Shown: in pieces, positions 42,916 to 56,630 of the stretch
Layout: every line of letters starts with the position of its first letter
Position numbering within the stretch: the stretch's first letter is position 1
Notes under the pieces: model-generated
What the model was told of the DNA's origin: nothing
Seen by the model: only the letters and a program-made list of their open reading frames with translations
Database searches by the model: none
Assembly: GCA_964016885.1 (NCBI GenBank)
Contig: OZ024743.1
Span: forward strand, 123,194,001 to 123,258,000
Origin: Eledone cirrhosa
Taxonomy: Eukaryota
Direction of reading: 5' to 3'
Length of the DNA: 64,000 nucleotides
Position numbers and translations under genes: made by a program

Positions 42916-43038
42916 GGTAAACATTGATGCAATTCAATTCAAGCACTCAACGTACTTTTTCCACATAGGAGTGACGGAGTAAATATCGAATAAGTAAAAG
43001 CGAAGTAGTTTCAGATGTTCAAGTCCTTTAATAATAAT

Positions 43039-43112
43039 GCTGTGATATATATTTCAATGACGACACTGGCCACACTGTTCTGTGTGCGAGTGTTGTGACA
43101 TCATCAGACAGC
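43039..43112 (-). ncRNA. Type I hammerhead motif
   Basis: gctgt-CTGATGA-(45-nt stem II)-GAAA-tatata-TC-acagc. Confidence 0.8.
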
Positions 43113-43269
43113 TTGTTACATAATAAGGTTGTTTCCGAGGCAATCCAAATTGAATCGACATGGGAACGGATGAAGTTCGTGCTTTTGGGTTTTTCATCCG
43201 TTCCCTTGGGACACAGAACAGTGTGGCCAGTGTCGTCATTGAAATATATATCACAGCATTATTATTAAA

Positions 43270-43460
43270 GGGCGGTGGATTGGCAGTATCGGTAGAGGGT
43301 CGGACGCCATGCTTTCCAGCATAGTTACGTCCCTTTACGATCTGAGTTCAAATCCCGCCGAGGTTAATTTTGCCTTTCATCCTTACGGGGTCGATAAAAT
43401 AAAGTACCAGTAATGCACTGGGTAATTTCTGGCCTTGTGCCAAAAGTAGAAACAATTATT
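43270..43460 (+). mobile_element. Full-length tRNA-derived SINE with target-site duplication
   Basis: A box tggcagtatcgg, B box gttcaaatcc, core cctttcatccttacggggtcgataaaataaagtacc; attattattaaagg on both sides. Confidence 0.9.
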
Positions 43461-43501
43461 ATTAAAGGACTTGAACATCTGAAACTACTTCGCTTTTACT
43501 T

Positions 43502-43536
<35 letters not shown>

Positions 43537-43744
43537 GTATTTGTATTTATGCATGCATGTATTTTTATGTATGTATTTATGTATGTATGCATGGATATAT
43601 ATGTGTATGTACGTGTGTGTATATCCGCATCTTTGTTTCTTTATGTCCCTATTGAATATGTGTATATATATACACACACATATATATATATGTCTCTCCA
43701 CCACTCCCCTACACACCCTTGGAACTCTCTTCCCACACACTTTT

Positions 43745-43778
43745 CACCTGAAGAAGGGCTTATGCCCGAAACGTCGTT
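43745..43778 (+). ncRNA. Minimal hammerhead motif
   Basis: cac-CTGAAGA-agggc ttat gccc-GAAA-cg-TC-gt. Confidence 0.7.
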
Positions 43779-43866
43779 CCCCACCACCACCCCACTCTCA
43801 AGAGCGTGAAACTACTAAACCTTTCTTCGTACTGCCTCTCTGTTTTGTTCCCGTTCAATTTTTCAC

Positions 43867-43949
<83 letters not shown>

Positions 43950-43959
43950 ATTTTGTTGC

Positions 43960-45085
43960 ATGAATCAAAGTAGTATGCAAATGGGTACTCGACCAATCAC
44001 CGCAAAGCAATCCAAACAGCTTCCGATCCTGGTGACGTCAAAACATTGACGTCAGTGCATTGTCTCATAAAGATAGCGCTTTGAACTCTGAAAATGGTGA
44101 GCCGAGAGAGGACAAAAGTACATCCGAAGAGATAGATACTACACTACTCAAAATTATACGCTGCTGATATTCCAGCAAATCCTGATCTAGATGAAGCCCT
44201 GACATCAATTGTTGCATGAATCCATTTATGTGAAGAGCTTGTTAAAGCAATTAATACCCTGCCAAGCGGTAAGGCACGGGGAGAGGATAGCATAGCTTCA
44301 TAAACCTTGAAAGAGAATAACAAAAGTTCTGCCACATCTGCATAGTTTACAGCTCCAGGGCTGGTAAAATTACGAAATTCTCCATAGGATGCGTAACACT
44401 AAAACTGTGATATTGTATAAAAGCAAGTGTGACAAAAGAGACTGGAACAACTACAGAGAAATCTCTCTTCTCAGAATAACAGGTAAAGGTTTCGCGAAAA
44501 TCATTCTGAAGCGCCTGCATAGATTAGCAGTACGAATTTTAACTGAATCAAATGTGGTTTCAATGCAAGACGCCCAACAACGGATATGATTTTCACATTA
44601 CGACAGCTACCAGAAAAATGCCGAGAGCAGAGGAAACCGCTATATATTGTATTTGTCGACTTAACGAAAGGTTTTGATACAGTCAGTAGACAAGACCTTC
44701 ACTAGGTTTCGGAAAGCATTAGCTGTCCTCTCACTCTTCTTCGTTTGATCGCTTCTTTCCATGAAAATATGCCTGTATACAGTTCGACGGGAGCACATAT
44801 GAGTATTTCGATATTTGGTTACCCTTCTTTTACATGCATTCAGATACAGAAGTGATGATGGAATCTATGGTAAAACGAGGTTTGATGGTTCTTTGTTAAA
44901 TTTGCGTAGACAAAAAGCAAAACGACAGAGCATTGAATTACTTATCACGGAATTACACTATCGTCTCAATCATTGCCGAGCGTGCATAGGACTAATCAAT
45001 CACGAAAGGCGCTGTTCGAAAAGAAGTCAGTTGTGAAGGGTTAAGAAATTATCTGCTCTGCAAGATCTACGAGCACCGACGTAAA
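43960..45085 (+). pseudogene. Decayed RTE-clade LINE reverse transcriptase fragment with 3' end
   Basis: ILYKSK..RDWNNYREISLL, IFTLRQL.EKCREQRKPLYIVFVDLTKGFDTVSR and terminal CRACIGLINHERRC. Confidence 0.85.
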
Positions 45086-45713
45086 GTGTCAAATATATAT
45101 ATTGTTATTTAAACTGATTGTATTTTCGTTGTTGTGGTTGTTACTGTGGCTTTGTCCCTTTAACCACAGTTTTCACTTTATCACGCCATTTAACGTATGT
45201 TTATTACTCTAAGATGTAACTTATCGCTTTATCGATATCTTCGTATTGAGTGCTTCGTGCAAAGCACCGAATATTGTTTCGACTTTACAAACTTCCATTC
45301 TTATTATATATATATATATATATAAATATATATATATCTATAAATATATATATATATGTTGACGAAGTAAATTCCACTGTTCTATCTTCCAAAGCCCAAT
45401 TAACTTGCAGGCCCCTGCAAATGGATTTTGTTGATTTCGGATTTACAGAAACCTAGTGGAGATGTTATATAATTTTATGTAATATGTCCATGATGGTCCA
45501 GGTAACAGTCAAACTTTTCTCTGAGTTGGTTTTGTCGTTGTTCTGGTCCTAGCGGCTCGTTTTTCGGTCGCTGGCCTCAATTTGCATAGCTGTTTAAACG
45601 TAATGTTATAACTCTAAGGTAAAATTCCTTATTGAGTGCTTTTGGCTGCACTTCCCGACAGCATTCGTTAGCTTGCCCGCAACCAGAGCTCCGATTATGC
45701 TGTACTACTTTCT

Positions 45714-45747
<34 letters not shown>

Positions 45748-45917
45748 TATGTATATATAGTTTTGTTGACAAGTATATCAATGTGCACAGACACGCAGAT
45801 ATATTGCCCTTGGTATGACAGTGAGGTTTTACCTCAATGTAGGATAACTAGTATACTACAGAACCGTTATAAGTTTAGGAATAATCAAAGAGTGCTTAGA
45901 AATACATTGTTTTATTT

Positions 45918-45962
45918 GCTAACAGTGTTTCATCCATACCCTATGGCAGGAATCATCAGAGC
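45918..45962 (-). ncRNA. Type I hammerhead motif in a PLE-like segment (45740-46800)
   Basis: gct-CTGATGA-ttcctg ccata ggg tatgg at-GAAA-cact-GTT-agc, then AATAAA. Confidence 0.7.
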
Positions 45963-46809
45963 TTATAAACAAAAATATATCAAAGGTTGCAGGCTCCATC
46001 GAGCTCAGTCACCAGAACAAGGATAAAGGACAAGTAATGGGGCCCCAAGGCCAGCGCTATATAGAAAAACACACAATACATTACGCATATAATGTCATAA
46101 AAAATTACATCAAAAGTTTATCACATAAATGGTGCAATAGATCATAAGGAGGTTGAGAGAGAATTGTAAGAAATGAGTGAGGGTGTTACTCAGCATGATA
46201 AAAAAATAACAAAAAACAAAACAAAGCATAGACACATCAATTCACAAGCAGTGCAAATACAGGATGTACAGACAGAGTATGAAAGCTTGCAAGCATGAGT
46301 CAGTGAAAAGAAAAGTTGCTTAGATGTTGTACAGCTTTACATGTAGGATTGTCTATAGGAAGGATGGTGCACTCCAGTTATATCACCTTGTAACAGGTCG
46401 ATTTCTCCATATCATACCAACACCCTCCATCCATTGGTTCCAGTCCCAAGCGTTAGGCGATATAATACTATGTTTCCAAAACATATACCCAGAAGATTTC
46501 TCCACATAGGCAGTCTGCAATAAACACCCTAAATCTAAAATAAAGTAGAGTACAATGAGGTGAAGTAAAGTAGAATACATGTACTGCCGGCACTCCAGTG
46601 AAGGAAGTGAAAATAAAACAGGTCCGCAATATCTGCTATCTCCCAAAGTCCTCACGTTCAGTCACTCAACCCAACGTCCCAAGTGAAATACACTGTGTGG
46701 CCGAGTCGGCATAGAACTAAAGTGCCATACCATATGCAAATATATCACAGTAAATGCTATTCGTGATGGCTAGACAGTCGCTACAGGGTTGCATGACCGA
46801 ACGTGAGGA

Positions 46810-47186
46810 CTATAACCCGAAAAGAAGAAAAGATCAATATCATCGGTAACTACTGAGCCGCAGGTTTTATATTGGAGTTATCCCAGTTTCCTGAGTTGCC
46901 TTCTCCTAGAAGAATGCCCTGACAAAGGCTAGGGGTCTTTCACTCCCAGTGGTTTAACCGCGCGGTACATGTCTATATACATATTTACACAATTTCGGAG
47001 GGCCATTGACTCTTATGAGTTCTTCCGCCCTTTGTCAGGTTTTGTTTTTTGTCCTGCAGTGTGTCCAAAATCACCCTCCTCACCAAGTAAACTTGGTGGG
47101 GCTGCCGGTTTAGTCGCCGACGATCCGACCATGCGACAGGTTGTACTGGGTTACATGTTACCAGTAGTACTCAAGAGTGACCCGAC
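46810..47186 (-). mobile_element. Non-autonomous RTE-derived element, type A (partial, internal deletion)
   Basis: Matches the 5978 family. Confidence 0.7.
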
Positions 47187-47262
47187 ATATATATATATAC
47201 ACAAACATACATACATACATACATCCCGCCCGTCCCCTAAATCTATTTTATTCCTCATTTTT

Positions 47263-47298
47263 TCTTCTGATGAAGTACTAGCGTCCGAAACGTTAAGA
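47263..47298 (+). ncRNA. Minimal hammerhead (dimer-dependent stem III)
   Basis: tctt-CTGATGA-agtac tagc gtcc-GAAA-c-GTT-aaga; family copies at 53483 and 55481. Confidence 0.75.
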
Positions 47299-47403
47299 CC
47301 CTCTTCCTGCTATATCAAGCGTTAACATAATATATACCTTCCATATACCGTAACGATTGTGTTGTTATTTCTGTTTACCTTTTACATACTTACATACACT
47401 CAC

Positions 47404-47493
<90 letters not shown>

Positions 47494-47859
47494 AACAGGA
47501 TTCCGCACAGTTTCAAGGATATTAGCTAACCCACGGCGTTAGTATTAGGCACTCATGTAAGGTGCCATACAGTTGCACTGAACCCAAATTTAATAATTAT
47601 ATATTTTGACAATGCACAAAGACATTCATTATAAAGTAAACCGATACAGATTATTACAACGATCACGATATATTAAATCAGTGTTTACCTAATGAAGTGG
47701 CTGCTCTGCAGGCTTTTTACTGATAAAATTGAAGCGTCAAATTAAATTCTATGAAAATACCCAACTATCTGCTTCTTGTTAATATTTCTGGACTAACAAA
47801 ATTAACCTCTGTCGGTTCCGACGAAATCTGTACCTGTTGTTCGATCAAAAGAAAGGCCT

Positions 47860-48128
47860 GCTCAGCAAATAAATGTGCAAATGATTGAGATTTCCAGACG
47901 CGTGTACTCTTAACGTAATTCTCATGGAAATTCAGTGTGGCATAGCGTGTAAGAAAGCCGGCCTTTTGAATTAGGCACAGTTCACCCGACATTCTTTCAA
48001 GCAGTTTCTGTCAACCCAATTTCATTTACAAGGTATGGTTCGACACGAGTCTTTCCGAAGATGTTTTGGATTGGGATCGAACCTGGCTGTAATGATTGCG
48101 AAGCCAACTCCTTAACCATTTGGCCAGT
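47860..48128 (-). mobile_element. Degenerate SINE fragments
   Basis: gggatcgaacc...ccttaaccatttggcca head (reverse complement); similar to 59230-59492. Confidence 0.5.
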
Positions 48129-49104
48129 TAATGGATATATACTGTAGTCGTGACTGCGGTGAACATGGCCATAACATGTATAACATTTACTGACACTTTA
48201 TAACGTTATGATGTGTTAGAGGAGACAAGTATATTAAAGGTGTTGCAAGTTGATTGCAGTTTTCGTAGTAAAATTTTATCTTTATCTATCTCGGCGGCTC
48301 TTCATTAAGAGTACTATTTACTGGCGTGCTATTTACTGGCGTGTTTGTGTGTCTGTGTGTCTGTGTGGGTGTGTGTCTCTGTGTGGGTGTGTGTGATGTG
48401 TTTGCGCGTGTGTGTGTGTGTATTTGTGTGAGTATGTGTATTTGTATTTGTGTGCGAATATGTGTATACGAGTAAATGTGTTTGAATATGTACTAGTTTG
48501 TACAGTTGTATATGTTTATGAGTAGTTAACTGTGTATCAGTGAGGAGGAGGATGAGAGAGAGAGAATGTGTTGTGTGCACGCGTATGTGTATTTGTATTT
48601 GTGTGCGAGTGAATCTGTTAGAATATGTACTAGTGTATACAGTTGTACATATGTATGTGTATGTTTGTAAGTGAGAGGTTATCTGTGTGTGAGTGAGGGA
48701 GAGGAGAAAAATGTGCGTTTAAATGTGTATGTGTTTGTATAGTTGTATATGTAGGTGGGTGTGACTTTTTTTAATACTTGTGTCTTCCTGCGTCAGTGTT
48801 TGTGTGTATATGTGATTGCCTGTTTTAGAACGTGTGGTGACTGTTTGTATATATGTGTATAACATGCCATATATGTTTGTGTATATGTATATATGTTGGT
48901 GACTGTGTCTATATATGTGTATAACAGCTTGTATATATTTTAATCAGGTATATCTGGTTGTATGCACAATAAATATATTTTGTTATACATTTTGTAAAAA
49001 AAATTCATACACTTGTGTGTTTAGTGCCTTAGTTTCGTATTTGCAAATATGATTCATATACTATATGTTTGTACTTGTTTCTATCTATCTATCTATCTAT
49101 CTAT

Positions 49105-49674
49105 ACTGCTGTCGCGTATGGGACAAATACAGTTGACTGCCGAGTCCATAGTAAGGATCAAACCGCCAGACTCTTTCAAAAACGAAAGAGAGGCGGTTTT
49201 CCTCTGTACGGTGGCTATGGTGAAAGAAGTTATATGGTGGACGAGGTTGAGAGGACTGAGGACAGATGCCTTTCTCTCCGGACAACAATTGATTCCATTC
49301 TTTAAGTATCACTTTAGAAGGAGAATCAGGGTGGAGAGAGAGGCACTGCACCCCAGTAAATTTACTGAAAGGTGGGTGAATGAAGCGAAAATGGCCCGAG
49401 TGATTGGGCCTTCTCTGTTTATAAGCCTGTAGGTTGAGGAAGAGAGCAAAAGGAAGAAAGGAGCACTTGCACAACACGCTCCTTGAGTTGAGGGTTGTTC
49501 TATCGACGGGGTATTAAACAACCCATTTGTGGCGCCTCCCCCCCCCCCCCTATTGGGGATTTCGATTGTTGAAATTGTTTGTTTTTATATTTTTTACACG
49601 ACTGCATGTAAAATCCTCGGCATGTCTTTGTATTGTCCCCTTTCTTGTTGCGCCCTTGTGGCTAATAAAGAAAT
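49105..49674 (+). mobile_element. 3' end of a Tx1/L1-clade LINE inserted in (TATC)n
   Basis: ORF 49049-49432 C-terminal peptide; gtggctAATAAAgaa end; TATC flanks. Confidence 0.7.
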
Positions 49675-49990
49675 CTATCTATCTATTTCTACGCCTATCT
49701 ATCTAAATATCTATTCACCTATTTATCTATCTAGATATCTATTTAACTATCTATCTCTATATACCAGTATATACTGGTATATACCTGTTTATGTTAGGGC
49801 CAATAATATTGTTAGAATCCATATAGTCTTGAAGAAATAATTCGAATGAGATCAGATGATGAGACTTATTGTTTTTGTAGAAGGCTTTCATCATATAAGA
49901 TTCTGTTGTGCTTTCTAAACGAGGTACAGAGTCCTATATATATATGTTTTAAACAATGAAAACAAAAGGTGAAGATTGATGCTTATACAG

Positions 49991-50124
49991 TTCATTGTTT
50001 TACGATCGTTTGAGAAGGTTGATTGATCATGACTAGTCGTTATAACTAATAGTGATTGTGCAGCCACATATTATTAGTCACGATACTTCAGATCCATCTC
50101 ACTGTCTTCCTCAGAAACAATGAA
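49991..50124 (-). ncRNA. Hammerhead motif with 10-bp stem I and ~95-nt stem II (GAAA changed to CAAA)
   Basis: ttcattgttt-CTGAGGA-aga...tct-CAAA-cgatcg-TA-aaacaatgaa; inverted arm at 50238-50310 keeps GAAA. Confidence 0.7.
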
Positions 50125-50431
50125 TTATAAATTTCATTTGTAAGACATATAAAGAGGTTGAAACACCTCAGTTGAATATGTGAACCAAGAAAATGATGTG
50201 GTTATCTAACCATAAACAGTTTGTCAATATATCGATTTATCATGATCAACCAACTTTCTGAAATGATTGAAAAACAATAAACTGATTAAGCACCAATCTT
50301 TGTCTTTTGTTTTCCTTATTCTATACACACATACACAGACAAACACACATACATACACACACACACATATATATGTGTATGTGTGTATATACATATATAT
50401 ATATATAAATACACATATATATATATGTATG

Positions 50432-50491
<60 letters not shown>

Positions 50492-50644
50492 AAAAATGGA
50501 GTGCTGCGTGGTTGCACATGGGTTACATATGAATAAAATTAGTCCTTCATCAGTGATCTTCCAACCTTCATTGGTATTTCATCGCTTTAAAAATCATATA
50601 CCTCTGGTTGGTGCGAGCAATAACTAAATAAAGTTATTGGGACA

Positions 50645-50711
<67 letters not shown>

Positions 50712-50714
<3 letters not shown>

Positions 50715-50897
50715 GAAGGAAATGTGGTAAGGAACCAGGTGGACCATAACGCACCAAAGTACTCAATACTTATGGTAGTAGAGTGGGTAATAGGAACAAG
50801 TATGACCCCGACGGCAGAGCTCAAGCCGTTTCGACGGCTAATTCTGGATTAGCCGTCGAAACGGCTTGAGCTCTGCCGTCGGGGTCATGCTTTTTCA
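50712..50897 (-). mobile_element. Hammerhead family A fold-back copy
   Basis: Turn at gacggctaat-tctgg-attagccgtc. Confidence 0.9.
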
Positions 50898-51086
50898 TAT
50901 ATATATATATATATATATGTAGAAAAACAATGATGCTTCGTTTACATGCATTTAGGTTTTTGTTGTGTATCGACGTGTTACGCGCTTTTCGCAGAGTATT
51001 GGCTAATGGTCACCATCGAAGTCAGTTGTGGGCCCGATCCCAATATCGATCTGCTCTTCAGTGTGGTGATTCAACAAATATATATA

Positions 51087-51191
<105 letters not shown>

Positions 51192-51772
51192 AGTGTGTAT
51201 GGTGTATGTGTGTGTATGTGTATATGAGTGTATGTGTGTAAGTATGTGAAGCTTGTCGTGTGCGCCTGTTGCCATAGCTTTCTTTCCATGCTGGTATGTG
51301 TCTGCCTTGTTACTGTTCTTGTCAACAGCAGGGTCTTTGAATCAAACGGATTCTAGTCATTTCCTTTGAGACTTTCATATTTAGGAGTATTTCGCTGTTA
51401 TTTCTAGCAAGTCATTTGCTTATGCTGAACCTCTGGTGACCCTGAGATAAACAGGCAAAACTATAAAGTAACAAAACTCACTTTTTAGCGTTAATATAAA
51501 TGAATATTACAACTTCACTTCGGTATTGAGTACTCCTTTCTCTCAGCCGTCAACCACATACGGATATATATATGTATATACATATGTGTGTATGTATGCA
51601 CGTATCTATTTATGTCAGTCTGTCTGTATGTATGCATTTAGCATGTATGTGTATGTGTGTGTGTAAGTGTGTATGTGTGTATGTGTGTGTAAGTGTGTAT
51701 GTGTGCGTGTGTGAGTGTGTGTGAGTCGCGTAACTTAGCGACTTGATTTAATATATACCTAACTTAGAAAAA

Positions 51773-51968
51773 AAATAATTGTTTGCACTTTTGGCACAAG
51801 GCCAGCAATTAATCCAGTGTATTACTGGTACTTTATTTTATCGACCCCGTAAGGATGAAAAGAAAAGTTAACCTCGGCGGGATTTGAACTCAGACCATAA
51901 AGGGCCGTAACTCTTTGCTGCAAGGCAAGGCGTCAGACCCTCTACCGATACTGCCAATCCACCGCCCT
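51773..51968 (-). mobile_element. Full-length tRNA-derived SINE
   Basis: Matches the 43270 family. Confidence 0.85.
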
Positions 51969-52231
51969 TAGAAAAAAATAATGCTACTCTCCATTTGATC
52001 GACTAAACCAAAGCGGTGCCCCAGTATGGCCACAGCCTGAAACCAGTAAAAGAATAAAAGAATCTGTTAAAAAAGTGAGTGAGGTCGAAATATATAACGT
52101 TATATATACGAATGTAAGTGCAGATAACATGGCAGACAGCAACAGCCAAAATTATTAGATAATATAGGCAAGTATAAGTGTTGTATATATCTGTGTACAA
52201 ATAATCTTTCTTTACGTTGCTGTACGTGTGA

Positions 52232-52410
<179 letters not shown>

Positions 52411-52546
52411 TGTGTCTGGGCGTTAATCAGTACATTTCTTTTCACATGCTTGCTAACTGGTACGCATCATGAGCAAGTGAGAAATGTACGCACATCATAC
52501 GACTAGCTGTGTGTATATGTGTTCATGTGTGTGTGTGTGTGTGTGT

Positions 52547-52589
<43 letters not shown>

Positions 52590-52937
52590 TTCATGTGTGT
52601 GTGTGTGCATACATATGTGCCTCTGCGTGAGTGCTCACGTGGATATGTGCTTGTGTATGCATACAAACAACCCCACGTGTTCCGCTACATGAGCGAATTC
52701 TATTGACTTAAAAGAATATCATCTAGCTCCAGGTGTTTGAGGTTTTGTTGAAAGCTAAAAGAAACGTTTAAAGAACTATCAGTCAGACGTTATAGAGAAA
52801 TAAGCAAGCAATAGATCCAGCTGTAGCACGGACGATTGTCTTTGCGGCTGTTCTACGTATTTTGTCTCCCGTCAGCCTGTAACGTGCTAAACATTATGTC
52901 GCTGAATGTAACATACAAATATGTGTCAGTGTGTATG

Positions 52938-53283
52938 TTCTTCTGGTTTTATAATTTCACAAAGTTTTACCAATAGAGAGAGAGTCGGTTTCAAACATAG
53001 ACACAAGACTCTCTCATTGGAATTTACACATGTATGCATCCATGTGTAGATATGGATGTTATTGTATGTGTGGATGTGGGTGTTTTGAGTTGTATGTGTG
53101 CATGTGTATATGCTTTGTATCTGTACATGTGTATATGCAGTTATTAGATGCAACATTTTTGGAGTATTTTACATATTTTTACTGCTCCATTAATGGATTG
53201 TACTTGTAGTTTCCTAACTAGTTGTGTTCTTTCTGTTCCTGTGAAGTATAGCATCTCAAGATTTGTATTGAGGCAGTTACTAA
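52938..53283 (-). mobile_element. 5'-truncated copy of the R4/Dong-like element, in (TATG)n
   Basis: Matches 31548-31920; peptide SNCLNTNLE...VKICK. Confidence 0.85.
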
Positions 53284-53482
53284 TGTATGTATGTATGTAT
53301 GTATGTATGTATGTATGTATGTATGTATGTATGTATGTATGTATGTATGTATGTATGTATGTATGTATGCATGCATATATGTATGTATGCATGTATGTAT
53401 TTATGTATGTATGTAGGAATGTATGTATATATATATATATACCGACCCAACCGCCCCTCAATCCATCTTATTTCTCATTCTT

Positions 53483-53518
53483 TCTTATGATGAAGGACTA
53501 GCGTCCGAAATGTTAAGA
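53483..53518 (+). ncRNA. Degenerate minimal hammerhead (47263 family)
   Basis: tctt-ATGATGA-aggac tagc gtcc-GAAA-tgtt-aaga. Confidence 0.6.
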
Positions 53519-53860
53519 CCCTCTTCCTGCTATATCAAGCATTAATCTAATATATCCCTACTGTACCGATTGTCTTGTTATTTCTGTGTACCTTTTACAT
53601 ATATATATATTGTTTAGTAGTGGATTACTTACTTGTTCTGGGATGTTTGCCGTGTATATGTATTTTTTCTCGCGAGTCAGTTCTCTCGTTGCTACGGTCC
53701 CCGCGGCTGAATTAACGGTCGCTATCTTCAATTTGCAAAGCCCTTTAGACGGTATGTTATTACTCTAAGGTGTTATACCTTATTGAGTGCTTGACTGCAC
53801 TTCTGATTACATTCGTCGGCTTAGCTGCAACACGAGCTTCGAATATGCTGTACTTCCATT

Positions 53861-53951
<91 letters not shown>

Positions 53952-53954
<3 letters not shown>

Positions 53955-54310
53955 GATGAAATCGAAAATGCAACTGGAGTATTATTTTAAAAAATATATA
54001 TATATTTATTTGGTTCCTCTACCGGTTTCGCAGTTCTTCTGCTTTTCAAAAGTAGAGTTGAGATGGAGGGCCTGTGGTTTGTCTCACATCTCACATCTCA
54101 GATGTGAGAAAAACCACAGACCCTCCATCTCAACTCTACTTTTGAAAAGCAGAAGAACTGCGAAACCGGTAAAGGAACCAAATAAATATATATATTTTTT
54201 TAAATAAGACTCCAGTTGCATTTTCGATTTCATCTTTTTTTCTTTATACTTTCACTCGTGTAGGACACCTCGGTTATTTTTCATTTTGTAAAAAAAACCT
54301 CACTTTCTAA
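53952..54310 (+). mobile_element. Fold-back cassette (arms 53952-54091 and 54100-54236) with U3:A8 hammerheads
   Basis: ctt-TTGAAAA-gcag aagaa ctgc-GAAA-ccgg-TA-aag at 54138-54175; mirror copy at 54016-54053. Confidence 0.85.
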
Positions 54311-54475
54311 TATATATATATATACGTGTGTGTGTGTTTATGTATATATGTGTATATATGTTTACATAAATATATATAAATTTATATATATATATAGACA
54401 CATATATATATATGTATATTAATACTCACACACTCACACACACATACTCATTCATGTATATATATATATATATAA

Positions 54476-54506
<31 letters not shown>

Positions 54507-54709
54507 GTTACATCAGTTTAGATATGCATGTGTGTGTGAGAGAGAAAGTGTGAGACTGTGTGTGTGTGTGTGTCAACAAAATGGTTAACACAAGAAGTGT
54601 GGCTAGAATTTGAAATATATGCGTCCCAATGCGAATCACCATTCTAATATCGATAATAATCGAATAGTTGAGAAAATTGTGTACATTTCATATATATATA
54701 TATATTTAT

Positions 54710-54760
<51 letters not shown>

Positions 54761-54762
<2 letters not shown>

Positions 54763-54940
54763 CCCCGACGGCAGAGACAAGCCGTTTCGACGGCTATTTC
54801 TGCCCCCAAAATAGCCGTCAAAACGGCTTGAGCTCTGCCGTCGGGGTCTTAAACATTTTCCTATTACCCACTCTACTGTCCTAAGTATTGAGTAATCTGG
54901 TGCGTTATGGTCCACCTGGTTCCTTACCGCACTTCCTTCG

Positions 54941-54943
<3 letters not shown>
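54761..54943 (+). mobile_element. Hammerhead family A fold-back copy
   Basis: Turn at gacggctattt-ctgccccca-aaatagccgtc. Confidence 0.85.
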
Positions 54944-54985
<42 letters not shown>

Positions 54986-55017
54986 AGAGATATATTTTCA
55001 CTTTAATTATATCTCAT

Positions 55018-55121
55018 AAAATAATTGTTTCTACTTTAGGCACAAGGCCAGCAATTACCCAGTGCATTACTGGTACTTTATTTCATCGATCCCGTAAGGA
55101 TGAAAGGCAAAGTCAACCTCG
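55018..55121 (-). mobile_element. Partial tRNA-SINE
   Basis: 3' half of the 43270 family. Confidence 0.8.
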
Positions 55122-55272
55122 AAAATAATACAACTGGCTTTTCCACATAATACATATTGTTAGCACCCCAAACACTTAAATTGGGTTTATATTAAAATAT
55201 AACCTAATGTTTGTTGAGTGAGATGGTTACCAGTTAGAGATTAGCTTTAAACTATCTCTGTTATTGTATTAA

Positions 55273-55355
<83 letters not shown>

Positions 55356-55480
55356 ATTGGTGCTCTGAAATATATATATGTATGTATATGTATATATATT
55401 TTTTTTCAACAAAAATAATCCATTTCTTCCGCTTCTCATTCTCTTCTCTCATTATATTTCTTCTTTTACTTTTCATTCCA

Positions 55481-55516
55481 TCTTCTGATGAATGACTAGC
55501 ATCCGAAACGTTAAGA
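55481..55516 (+). ncRNA. Minimal hammerhead (47263 family)
   Basis: tctt-CTGATGA-atgactagcatcc-GAAA-c-GTT-aaga. Confidence 0.65.
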
Positions 55517-55625
55517 CTAAGACTCATTTCCTACTACATCAAGCGTTTAACTAATATATATTCATTATACCGTATTGTTTACTGTATTGTTTCCCCTTTG
55601 CTTTTCGCATATCCCGCCCTCTCTG

Positions 55626-55671
<46 letters not shown>

Positions 55672-55774
55672 AAGGGTCGTGCCCCAGCATGGCCTCAGCC
55701 GGATGGCTGGAACAGGCAAAAGAGTAAAAGAATACACACACACACACACATTTATATGTATGTATATATATATA

Positions 55775-55945
55775 TTTAATATAGAAATGGCTTCTACAGG
55801 ACTAGAAGTGTTTCATTGGGGAGAAATCATCAGGGCTTCCTGATGATTTCTCCCGAATGAAACAGTTCTAGTCCTGTGGAAGCCATTTCTATATTAAATA
55901 TTTATACCCTGCTGTGTATTGAACACCTTAATTACTGTGGTTACC
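55775..55945 (+). mobile_element. Fold-back cassette with hammerhead cores on both strands
   Basis: ...tttcattggggagaaatcatcagg-gctt-cCTGATGAtttctcccgaatGAAAcag... Confidence 0.75.
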
Positions 55946-56009
55946 CCCGATTGAACCCGGGATAAATATATATATATATGTGTGTGTGTGTGTGGGTGTG
56001 TGTGTGTGT

Positions 56010-56630
56010 GTTGTGAACACATACACACGCAATTTTAAATATTGTGTTATGACTAAATTGTGTCTGGCAATCGATGTTTGTCCATAGCTTCTTCGGGTAC
56101 TTGAGATTAGACGAAAACGCTTGAAGAGTGAGTGTTTAATAGAAATATATAATGTATGATGTGGAGGACACACTTGGAATAGATATTTACCTGTTTCTTC
56201 TACCTGAGAACGAACATAGTTATATGTCCTAGAATTACTTTGCTCGTTTGGAGAAAGAGGGGGTAGAGATCATTTGGAGAAGGTATGTATTATTGGCGGT
56301 ATGTGTGAGTATATGTCCTATTGTTCTTGAATATGACAGAGTACTTACAAAAGGTGGTATTTTGAGAGTAAAGGGGGAAAGTCTGAGTGTGATAATGAAC
56401 AGGTAATGTAAATTATAAGGTGGGTTTTGTATGTCTAGCTGTGTTGACTCTATGCCTGAGGGATGGGTGGCTGATGTTTCCATGAAGAGGATCAAACATT
56501 TTTTTAGATGCAAACAGCTCTTGATAGCATCACGTTTAAAGTTGAGGTCGTCATTTGAAAATTTCAAGCATTGTGCATTTTTCGGTGGGATAAAGCGAAC
56601 ATTTCTTTGACCCGCTGGTGTTTGCACTGG
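56010..56630 (-). pseudogene. Possible Penelope-like RT C-terminus / GIY-YIG relic
   Basis: PFVSTLS...PSFSKRAK, then CP and YGQT-like motifs in PLE order; very decayed. Confidence 0.3.

Larger units (their letters stand above)
42910..43505. mobile_element. Fold-back hammerhead cassette interrupted by a SINE
   Basis: Left arm 42988-43085; right arm 43210-43270 resuming at 43455-43505. Confidence 0.8.
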
